Assembly: GCA_026414265.1 (NCBI GenBank)
Contig: JAOAJI010000003.1
Location: 1-55,849 of the forward strand
Origin: Candidatus Micrarchaeota archaeon
GTDB lineage: Archaea > Micrarchaeota > Micrarchaeia > Anstonellales > SKW190
Reading direction: 5' to 3'
Length of the DNA stretch: 55,849 nt
The notes beneath the pieces are model-generated. The model had not been told where the DNA came from and made no database searches. It saw nothing but the letters and a program-made list of their open reading frames with translations. Each line of letters opens with the position of its first letter. Position 1 is the stretch's first letter. The position numbers and the translations under genes are program-made. Positions 38,934 through 47,444 of this stretch are shown piece by piece.

Positions 38934-40193
38934 GTGGTTATTATGAAGGATGGCTTATCTAAAGAAAAACAATTTGAAAAAATCTACGACGTTGTTATTG
39001 TAGGTGCAGGTCCTGGAGGAAGCGCGTGTGCATGCTTTTGCGCGATCAAGGGCTTGAAAACATTGCTAATTGACAAACAAAAATTTCCAAGAGAAAAGAT
39101 ATGCGGAGACGCACTGAGTGGCAAAAGCATAGAAGTGTTGAATAAATTAGACTTGATACCTGAATTAGAAAAGCAACAACATGCCTACATAAAGTCCATC
39201 ATCTTTTCAGGACCAAATGGCAAAGAAATAGAGATAAGCTTTGAAAAAGAAAAGGGTGATTACCACGGTTACTGCGTAAAAAGAACAATTTCCGATTACG
39301 TGATTTTCAAAAAAGCTAAAACTCTATGCGATACCATGGAAGAAACTGAATTGATTGATTTGAATTATACAAATGACTATGTTGAACTCAAGTGTATCAA
39401 TAAAAAGGACAGTAAGGAAATTAATATAAAATCAAACCTGGTTATAGGCGCTGACGGCGCTTACTCCTTAGTTGCCAAGAAAAATAATCTACATTTAATT
39501 GAATACGATCATCATTGTACTGCCTTAAGAACTTATTATAATAACGTTAAAGGCAACAACAATGAATCAGCAATAGAATTACACTTTGTTGACGAAGCGA
39601 TCCCAGGTTACTTCTGGATATTTCCAGTTGGTAACAACGAATGGAATGTAGGAATTGGAATGATAACGAAAGACATGCAACAAAAAAAGGCAAATCTAAA
39701 AGAAATCATGATGAAAGTAATAAATTCTGAAAAGTTTAGAGATAGGTTCAAAGAAGCAGTCATGATAGATAGCATAAAAGGCTGGACACTGCCATTCGGC
39801 TCAAAAAAGAGAAAGCTTTATGCATACAGAACGATGTTGGTAGGTGATGCTGCACAGTTGATAGACCCATTTACTGGAGAAGGACAAGGAAATGCACTAC
39901 TGAGTGGTTTGATTGCTGCAGAAATAGCCAAAAAAGCGTGTGAAAAAAATAACTTTTCTGAAGATTTTTTGAAAGAATATAACGAGAAAATATATGAGCA
40001 TCTTTGGAAAGAATTAAATACTAGTTATCAGCTACAAAAAATGACTAGATTCAAATGGCTGATGAACTTCGTTTTGACCAAAGCAAACAAATCAGAAAAG
40101 GTGAGAGAAACTATTACTTCTATGCTTTCAGGAAGAAAGCCGAAAAATCACTTGTTTAACCCTTTGTTCTATGTAGAACTTTTATTCAGCTAG
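38934..40193 (+). CDS. Geranylgeranyl-reductase-family FAD oxidoreductase
   Basis: GAGPGG, PREKICGD, GADG, PGYFWIFP, VGDAA..IDPFTGEG. Probable start is the ATG at 38943. Confidence 0.9.
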   Translation: MVIMKDGLSKEKQFEKIYDVVIVGAGPGGSACACFCAIKGLKTLLIDKQKFPREKICGDALSGKSIEVLNKLDLIPELEKQQHAYIKSIIFSGPNGKEIEISFEKEKGDYHGYCVKRTISDYVIFKKAKTLCDTMEETELIDLNYTNDYVELKCINKKDSKEINIKSNLVIGADGAYSLVAKKNNLHLIEYDHHCTALRTYYNNVKGNNNESAIELHFVDEAIPGYFWIFPVGNNEWNVGIGMITKDMQQKKANLKEIMMKVINSEKFRDRFKEAVMIDSIKGWTLPFGSKKRKLYAYRTMLVGDAAQLIDPFTGEGQGNALLSGLIAAEIAKKACEKNNFSEDFLKEYNEKIYEHLWKELNTSYQLQKMTRFKWLMNFVLTKANKSEKVRETITSMLSGRKPKNHLFNPLFYVELLFS

Positions 40194-40239
40194 TTATAAA
40201 AGAGCCAACTTTTAAATAAGTTAAATCAGATACTTAAAC

Positions 40240-43200
40240 GTGAGTATCTTATATACTAATTTGAAACAGTTATCAACGTTTAAGAACATAATAATAATTT
40301 TGGTTTTGTTAACGCTACTTGTTCAGATAGCATACTCTCAGATAGAAAAGATATCTACTAGAATAGAAGTTGAAAAATATGACGTTATTAACCAACAAAC
40401 TGGAGAGATTCAGGAAATACATGTAACTGCATATCTTTTTCAAGACTTCACGTTTCCTAAAAAACTACTCCCAGGGAACATCATATACGTACAATGGAGT
40501 GATTCTGGTACTGAAGCGATAAGTAATCCTGCTAACACATGTTATGCCATAACCGATTCAGAAGGAAAGATAAAGCTTAACTTGAGTACGAGCAACACAA
40601 TAAACAAGCCACCAATGCCTTTAGCTGGAAACTACCTAATAATGAGATTCGTTTTCTGTGGCAACTCAAACGAAATTTCTGATATAAAAAGTTGTACTGG
40701 GATACCTAATCTGAATCCTTATACCATAAACCCTTGCAATAATCTTTTGGCAGGCTCTACTTCAGGATATGCAAGTAAACTGGTTCCTCAATATAAGACT
40801 CCTTTCGCAAGAAGTAACACAAAAACAGTGCCTATTGTAAATTCACAAAGGAATAGACTTATGCCGATAGACAATTTCCTGTTTTGCTTCACTCTTTCAG
40901 TCATTTTTGCTTTGTTAGCTTCTGCCATGTACGTTACTGGGAGGAATCCTTTCTCTGCTTTTGACATAACGCCTCCAAGATTTAAAGTAATGAGACTGAC
41001 TGACCAAGGCATATTTCATACTAACCTATCCTTAGGTGCTTTCACATCTCGTGCGATACAAAATTTTATGAGCAAACAAATTGCAAAAGTTGAGAAAGAA
41101 CAAACAAAAACAAAGGATGGACGTCATGAAACCAAGGTTAGAATAAAATCTAACGTGATGAAAGACTTAGGAGAAAGCTTGTACGAAGCAACTCCTACTT
41201 ATGGAGCACAAAAAGTTATAGGAAACATAAATAATACTTGGAACATGGCAATGCGAATGGTAAAAGGCAGAAAAACTATCAATGTCAGGCAAAAAGACGA
41301 GGAAGATAAGAAAGGTCAACAACAACCTAAAGATGGACAAGTACATCAACCAGTAAAACAAGAAAGAGAAACAACTACAATTCAACGAGATCAAGAAAAT
41401 CAAAGAAGTATTAGGATAGAAGGCACATTAATCATGAAGGACAATAAGGCATATATAGTAAAAGAAAAAGACGGAAAAGTAGAACTTTTTGAAATTAAAA
41501 GATCTGAAAACGGAAACTTACAGCTCGTTCACATAAAGAATCAAGATGAATTAACTAAAATATTCGAACCTATAAAAATTAAAGGTAAAACTGTTGAAGT
41601 AAGGATAGAAAAAGGTCAATTAGTATACTACGAGATTCAAGGTGATAAAAGGACTTTGATAACAGATAGCGAAAGAATAAGAGAGATTAATTCTATGCTT
41701 AAGAGCAGGAGTTCTAGTTATTATATTAGTCAAAGCTACGTGATAGATGCAAACAAAGGAAATGTATTTACTTTAGTAGAGCGAGATAATACAGGAAGAC
41801 TAGGTCTGAGTGAAATCCGAGGGGACAAGGCACTTGTGATATATTATCAAGTACTCACTAGTGAAAAAAATCAAATTGAAGAACAACTTAAACAAAGCAT
41901 AAGTGTTGAGCATAATGGAAAAACTTATGTTGTAAGATTACAAGATGGTAAAATAAAGGTATTTGATGGAGAAGTTGAAGTAACAGACCAAAAAATAAAA
42001 AGAGCTGTTGTTGAAAAGGCAACACAATCATATTCAGATAAGTTAGAGAGATTTTCATCTATGTTGACCAGAGAGAATAAAAGAATCAGTATTGAGGATG
42101 CACAAGCTCTAATGCTTCCAAAAGACGAAACAAAAAAAAGTGAAGATGAAAAACCAAAAAGTAAAAGAGACTCAGCACTTATTGAAGAATTAAGATTACT
42201 AATCATACCTGTGCTATTAGCACTAAACAAACAACCATTTTACAAAGTGATGTCTCATTATGTTTTTTATAGAGCCACTCACGTAATGGACAAGCAATAT
42301 AAGAATTCCACAGACACACTGGAAGAAAGGCTTACAACAAAAGGCATGCGAGGATTTACAGGAAGTAATTTTATTGACACTGTTACTATTTTGATGGCAA
42401 CACAACATTTAGCATCTATCAGCGGATTGAATAAATTGAAAGAAGTTCTAGGTCTATCGAAAAGAACTGAAGAAGATAGCATCATGGAGAGACTTAATAA
42501 AATAGGTGAGAGCATGGGAGCTAAATCAGCTTACTTATCAGTAGCGTTCATGGAAGACCTAGGATTAACAAAAATTGGCTTTATACGACGCACTGCTAGT
42601 GAGGTTAGTAACATTTTAGTTGAGAACAGTGCTAAAATATTTGGTAACTTGTTTGGATTACCTGAGCTCAAACATGTCAACTTTAATTCAGATATCAGCT
42701 ATAATGAAGAGGCTATGAGTATCATAGTGTTAAGCGCACACTATGCGATCCAATATGTAAGATACGTTGAACTTGATAAGTATTTTAAGCAAAATAAAGA
42801 TGAACTAAAAGACATAAATCCTATCGAAAGAGAAAAAAGAAGCCTCTTATTAAAAGAATACCTGTATTTGAAAAGCTATTTTGAAGGCCCAAAAGTAGAT
42901 CGCAATTACTGGAGCAACCTAATCAGAGTTTTAATTTTTTTAATGATAATGAACAACATACGAGCGTCTAAATTTAGAAAAACCGCCCTAGGCCAAACAT
43001 TGAGATTTATTTATGACCCAAGATTAGGATTTGCAAGAGACGTTTTCAACTACATATATGCATGTCTAACAGCAAATCAATTCATAGAAAGAGAAGTTTA
43101 TACGTTAGAAGGTAGAGCAGAGAAACTTGCAATTCTGATTTCTCAAACCAATAAGTTATTGTCAGATACGTTAAATGAAAATGAAAAAGAATCAATAATG

Positions 43201-46200
43201 AATAAAATTATTCGCACACTTGAGAGTTTTGGAGTTAAAATAGATTTACAAGAATTTAATAGAAACTCAGGGGATCAAAAAATCAATATAATCGATCAAA
43301 AAATCAATAGAATCGTAGATAAAGTGTATGAGCTATTACTACAAAACCAAGATATGTATATTAATGAGCTTGCAATAAGACACCATAACGGAAATGTAGA
43401 TTCCTTAATTGCTCAACTAACTAATGATGCTAATCAAAAAACAGAGATACAACAAATTATTCAATCTAAAGACAAACCACAGAATGTACCAGAAGATGAG
43501 AAAAAAAAGGATTTCATAAGAAAAAGAGCGCTATTAAGTGAAAAATTAAACAGCTACCTACAAAAGCTATTCGAAGAAAATAAAGCACAAAAAACAACTA
43601 TTATTGTTAATAAGGGGTATGCAAAAGTAAGACTTGGTGCTGATTCTGACATAGTAGGTGTCATGCCTCTAGATGGCCTCAGATATTGGTTAAGCGGTTA
43701 TGGTGAAGTAATTAATAGAAGCTACAGAGACATGGTTTTAATCAATCAAAGAATCAATGCTTTGTTGGACTATAAACTTGCTCAGAATAAAGAAGAAACA
43801 AAAATGGTATTAGAACAAAAATATAAATCTAACATAAAAGAGATAAACGAATTAATTAAGCAGTTAGAAGAAGAGAAAACAGATCAAAGAAAGAGAGAAG
43901 AATTGAAACAGGACATAAGCAAGAAATTAAATGAACTTTTTTCGATTCTATCAGACGATTTTGTGACTAAAGAAGAACGTGAGGATATAACGAAAGCTCT
44001 AAACGATGGAAATTATGAAGCTCTAAAAAATCAATTAAACTCTTTACTTACAGATAGTGGAAGACTTATTAGATTTGAACAAAATATTCACAATAGACTG
44101 AAAAACTTAGGAATCACTTTGCATCAAAATTCAGACATTGACGCTCTTATCGAAAGAGAAAGACAAGAAATGCTTAAAAGGCTAGTCAGTTTCTATTACG
44201 GAGTTTCTATGGCACCTCTGTTTTTCCAGCCCGGCGATATGACACCAAATAAACAACAATTCGTAAGAACAGTAGGAACTAAATTGAATGAAATGCAAAA
44301 AGCAGCAATTTTATTATTTAATAACTTGGTATTAAACGACAAAGCCATTTTAACATCAACGAGCAGAGCGTTTGCTGATTATCTGTCTGGGAAAATTGAT
44401 GCTCGACAATTTGAAATTATAGCGTCTAATCCAGATTCTATTTATGATAATATTACAAGAACTACCATAGGTAGACAGATTATTTCATCTTCTAATGTCA
44501 CTGTGGGAGATAAAACATTAACAGAAGTAGTGATTTACATTAAAAGCAACAAGTTAGTGGCAAGAAAAGCTAACGGACTAGAAATAGATTTAACTGAAAG
44601 TGTAAACGATGGACAAACTGTGAAGATAAAAATAGATGATGAAGAATACACGATTTCAACAAAAAAAGAGGCTGAAAGCCTAGTTGTGATTAACAACGCA
44701 AACCAAGAAGTTATTAGCATTGAATTTAAAACTGGTAAAATAAAACTCGTGGATCCACCTAAGGATGAAGCAAAAAGATTTAGGTTAGCTCAAATTATGT
44801 ATATCACTACTGTCTTAGCGAAACATGAACTTGTCAAAAAACTTGATTCAAGTGAAAGAGAGCTTAGAGTATTGAGAAATCAACAAAACTTCGGTTTACT
44901 TATAACAGATGAAGAAACAATTTTAAAAATTTTGAAGGCTTTTGATGATAAAACAGACCAAGATCAGCATAGCTCTATTAAATATATAAAGGTCTCACAA
45001 GGTACTATACAAACAAAAAAAGATGAGGTCCAACAAGGAGAACAAGGTTGGATTAAAGTAGAAGATATAGAATACGTTGAAGTTTCAAATGGACTAATTA
45101 AAATAAAATTGAAAGATAATAAAGAACCTTTGATTATACAAGCACAAACAAGTATTGAAAATGATATATTAAAGATTAAAGATGTTAATGTTGGTATAGA
45201 TGACCAACAATTCATTTACTCAGCAAATAGCGTAAACCTTTCTGAAACAGCAACAAAGAAGATTCAACCTATGAAACTAGATCAGCATTCTTATGTAAAA
45301 TATGATAGCACAAAAAAGTGCTATATGTTCTTCAGATTAAACGAAAGAAATCAACTTGAACTAGCCCATACATTATCTACATTAGATCCAACAAAAATTA
45401 AATTGATGCATTTTATCAATAGTATAGATCAAACAGATAGTGCCACAAGAATAATAGATTCGTTCTTCTATCTACTTGGAGACGAAAGATTCAAAGACGA
45501 TCTAAATCTTCAAACACTACTAATTAATGCAGATACTAGCCACACTCTTGGACTGCTAGAACAAAGAAAAAAAGTACTTTCAAACCTTGATGTCTTTGAT
45601 AGAGCAGAATATATAATGCAAACTCTGTATTTGAGTGCAGGACGTAATTTACCACGTTTAGAACAAGAACTACCGTTTTCTTCTGAACTAAACAGAAGGT
45701 TTGCAGAGTTAAATGATACGCTGTATAAAGAACTTGAACCAGAAAAAAGACTGTATGATAGACTCAACAAGATTTTGCCAGGTATAGATATACTTAGCAT
45801 GGACTATAATTTAGAACTTGCCCAACAAGCATTGATTAGACTTAATGAAGAAACGTTTAAACTACAAAATATGTTGATAGATAAAGCGATGCTAGAACTG
45901 GACCCAGAAAAAAGAAGTATTATGTTAGGTATGGCCTCAGATTTGGAATTTTTAAGATGTTTAGCAGGGATTGATAAAACAGATTTTGGCATGTTAGTTG
46001 AATTCAACTCAGAAAAAGCGGCAGAACAAGTTGATTTCTATGCGAGAAATTTTGAAGAAAACATGATAAAAATAAATAAAATACTAGAAGACCAAGCTAA
46101 ACAAAACCAAATACCTCAAGATCAGAAACAATTTATTCAAGATAACCTCATTAAGCTAAGGAAATTGCTTGCATACTATAGTAGTAGAATAAATAATGAA

Positions 46201-47430
46201 GATTTGAGTTACGAAGAAAGAGCACTTGCTGCAGCAAGAATTATACAAATAGGTTCGGTGATTGAAACTGTATTACGTACAAGAGATGTAACAATCTTTG
46301 AAAAACTCAGTGGAGAACTTGAAAAAGATTATTCTGTTGTTCAAAACGAAGAAATAAAACTTCAAGCAGTAAGTAAATCCAAAGTTAAAAGTATATTTGA
46401 AAGAACTATAGCAGAAGGGCTTCTAATTCACGGAATAAGTGTAGATGATGCACTCAAGCTAAAAGATAATCTAAGATATTGGTTCAGCTCGGCAAAGTCT
46501 AACCTTGACTACGAAAATTTAATGAAAGCCTATATGGCCTATAAGATAATGACAAAAAATCAAGATTCTACACAAGTTACATACACTCCTTACCAATTGA
46601 AATTACTTGCAATGATGTCAGATCTAGAAGAAGCAAAAAAACTTGATCAATTGATACATTCTCAAAATGCTCAACTTTTATTCCAAGAAGCACTAGCAAC
46701 TGATGAAACGATTAAATCACATGGTCTCTCATCACCTTTCTCATCGCTACTCCCTTCATTGTTTTATTACTCATTAAACAATAATCCAGAAAACCTTCCA
46801 ACTAAAAGCACACATGATGGTATTCAAATATCTGATGAAGCCATTTTTTCCTATCTAATAACTGACCCTAGCAATCCTCAAAGTAAAACAACCACAAATT
46901 CTGAACACATTGAGATAGCAAAAGAAATCTCTGTCATGTTATACAACAGATCAAAAAAAGAAATTGAAGAAAGAATCGATGCCTTTTTAAAGAAAACACC
47001 CATTATAACTCAAGGTGTTACAGAAATGCCTACAGATCAAAATAACAGTTTGAGCGTTTATGATGTGTATTCTACAATTAGATCTGTTAATCCAGTATTA
47101 GCTGAATTCATATTAAGCGTCAACCCAGATTATTATGAAGCACTAGCAAAAAAATACGTAAAAAAAGATGAAGAAAAAGGTACTACATTTTTTGATTCAG
47201 AAAAACTTAATAAAGCACTTCAAACATTGGTTGATGATATGCTAGTCATTTCTGGCACGTATGATACATATCAAAGAAGTAGACTCTTAGAACAAAACTT
47301 CGAAAGCGTAGCTAACTACTCAAAGGCGATTGGCGGATCAGGACTATCGCTTGAGAACTATGGAGTATCGCCAGATTTACAAATGTCAAGAATAATACAA
47401 ATGCAAAACCTTGGAGGGCAAAAATTCTAA
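40240..47430 (+). CDS. Giant (2396 aa) membrane-anchored hypothetical protein
   Basis: Signal peptide IIIILVLLTLLVQIAYS, ~170-aa Cys-containing ectodomain, TM FCFTLSVIFALLASAMYV plus TGRNPFSAFD, then ~2150 aa of mostly hydrophilic helical/coiled sequence. Confidence 0.9.
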   Translation: MSILYTNLKQLSTFKNIIIILVLLTLLVQIAYSQIEKISTRIEVEKYDVINQQTGEIQEIHVTAYLFQDFTFPKKLLPGNIIYVQWSDSGTEAISNPANTCYAITDSEGKIKLNLSTSNTINKPPMPLAGNYLIMRFVFCGNSNEISDIKSCTGIPNLNPYTINPCNNLLAGSTSGYASKLVPQYKTPFARSNTKTVPIVNSQRNRLMPIDNFLFCFTLSVIFALLASAMYVTGRNPFSAFDITPPRFKVMRLTDQGIFHTNLSLGAFTSRAIQNFMSKQIAKVEKEQTKTKDGRHETKVRIKSNVMKDLGESLYEATPTYGAQKVIGNINNTWNMAMRMVKGRKTINVRQKDEEDKKGQQQPKDGQVHQPVKQERETTTIQRDQENQRSIRIEGTLIMKDNKAYIVKEKDGKVELFEIKRSENGNLQLVHIKNQDELTKIFEPIKIKGKTVEVRIEKGQLVYYEIQGDKRTLITDSERIREINSMLKSRSSSYYISQSYVIDANKGNVFTLVERDNTGRLGLSEIRGDKALVIYYQVLTSEKNQIEEQLKQSISVEHNGKTYVVRLQDGKIKVFDGEVEVTDQKIKRAVVEKATQSYSDKLERFSSMLTRENKRISIEDAQALMLPKDETKKSEDEKPKSKRDSALIEELRLLIIPVLLALNKQPFYKVMSHYVFYRATHVMDKQYKNSTDTLEERLTTKGMRGFTGSNFIDTVTILMATQHLASISGLNKLKEVLGLSKRTEEDSIMERLNKIGESMGAKSAYLSVAFMEDLGLTKIGFIRRTASEVSNILVENSAKIFGNLFGLPELKHVNFNSDISYNEEAMSIIVLSAHYAIQYVRYVELDKYFKQNKDELKDINPIEREKRSLLLKEYLYLKSYFEGPKVDRNYWSNLIRVLIFLMIMNNIRASKFRKTALGQTLRFIYDPRLGFARDVFNYIYACLTANQFIEREVYTLEGRAEKLAILISQTNKLLSDTLNENEKESIMNKIIRTLESFGVKIDLQEFNRNSGDQKINIIDQKINRIVDKVYELLLQNQDMYINELAIRHHNGNVDSLIAQLTNDANQKTEIQQIIQSKDKPQNVPEDEKKKDFIRKRALLSEKLNSYLQKLFEENKAQKTTIIVNKGYAKVRLGADSDIVGVMPLDGLRYWLSGYGEVINRSYRDMVLINQRINALLDYKLAQNKEETKMVLEQKYKSNIKEINELIKQLEEEKTDQRKREELKQDISKKLNELFSILSDDFVTKEEREDITKALNDGNYEALKNQLNSLLTDSGRLIRFEQNIHNRLKNLGITLHQNSDIDALIERERQEMLKRLVSFYYGVSMAPLFFQPGDMTPNKQQFVRTVGTKLNEMQKAAILLFNNLVLNDKAILTSTSRAFADYLSGKIDARQFEIIASNPDSIYDNITRTTIGRQIISSSNVTVGDKTLTEVVIYIKSNKLVARKANGLEIDLTESVNDGQTVKIKIDDEEYTISTKKEAESLVVINNANQEVISIEFKTGKIKLVDPPKDEAKRFRLAQIMYITTVLAKHELVKKLDSSERELRVLRNQQNFGLLITDEETILKILKAFDDKTDQDQHSSIKYIKVSQGTIQTKKDEVQQGEQGWIKVEDIEYVEVSNGLIKIKLKDNKEPLIIQAQTSIENDILKIKDVNVGIDDQQFIYSANSVNLSETATKKIQPMKLDQHSYVKYDSTKKCYMFFRLNERNQLELAHTLSTLDPTKIKLMHFINSIDQTDSATRIIDSFFYLLGDERFKDDLNLQTLLINADTSHTLGLLEQRKKVLSNLDVFDRAEYIMQTLYLSAGRNLPRLEQELPFSSELNRRFAELNDTLYKELEPEKRLYDRLNKILPGIDILSMDYNLELAQQALIRLNEETFKLQNMLIDKAMLELDPEKRSIMLGMASDLEFLRCLAGIDKTDFGMLVEFNSEKAAEQVDFYARNFEENMIKINKILEDQAKQNQIPQDQKQFIQDNLIKLRKLLAYYSSRINNEDLSYEERALAAARIIQIGSVIETVLRTRDVTIFEKLSGELEKDYSVVQNEEIKLQAVSKSKVKSIFERTIAEGLLIHGISVDDALKLKDNLRYWFSSAKSNLDYENLMKAYMAYKIMTKNQDSTQVTYTPYQLKLLAMMSDLEEAKKLDQLIHSQNAQLLFQEALATDETIKSHGLSSPFSSLLPSLFYYSLNNNPENLPTKSTHDGIQISDEAIFSYLITDPSNPQSKTTTNSEHIEIAKEISVMLYNRSKKEIEERIDAFLKKTPIITQGVTEMPTDQNNSLSVYDVYSTIRSVNPVLAEFILSVNPDYYEALAKKYVKKDEEKGTTFFDSEKLNKALQTLVDDMLVISGTYDTYQRSRLLEQNFESVANYSKAIGGSGLSLENYGVSPDLQMSRIIQMQNLGGQKF
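43273..43314 (+). repeat. 21-bp in-frame tandem duplication (2 copies, 1 mismatch)
   Basis: GATCAAAAAATCAATATAATC / GATCAAAAAATCAATAGAATC, encoding DQKINII / DQKINRI. Confidence 0.85.
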
Positions 47431-47444
47431 ATTTTTTTTTATTA
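47431..47444 (+). terminator. T-tract, putative intrinsic terminator between the convergent giant genes
   Basis: ATTTTTTTTT immediately after the TAA of the 2396-aa gene. Confidence 0.45.

Noticed and set aside
40240-47430. Phage tape-measure protein or SMC ATPase
   Set aside because: It has a signal peptide and TM anchor, no Walker motifs, and no virion genes around it.
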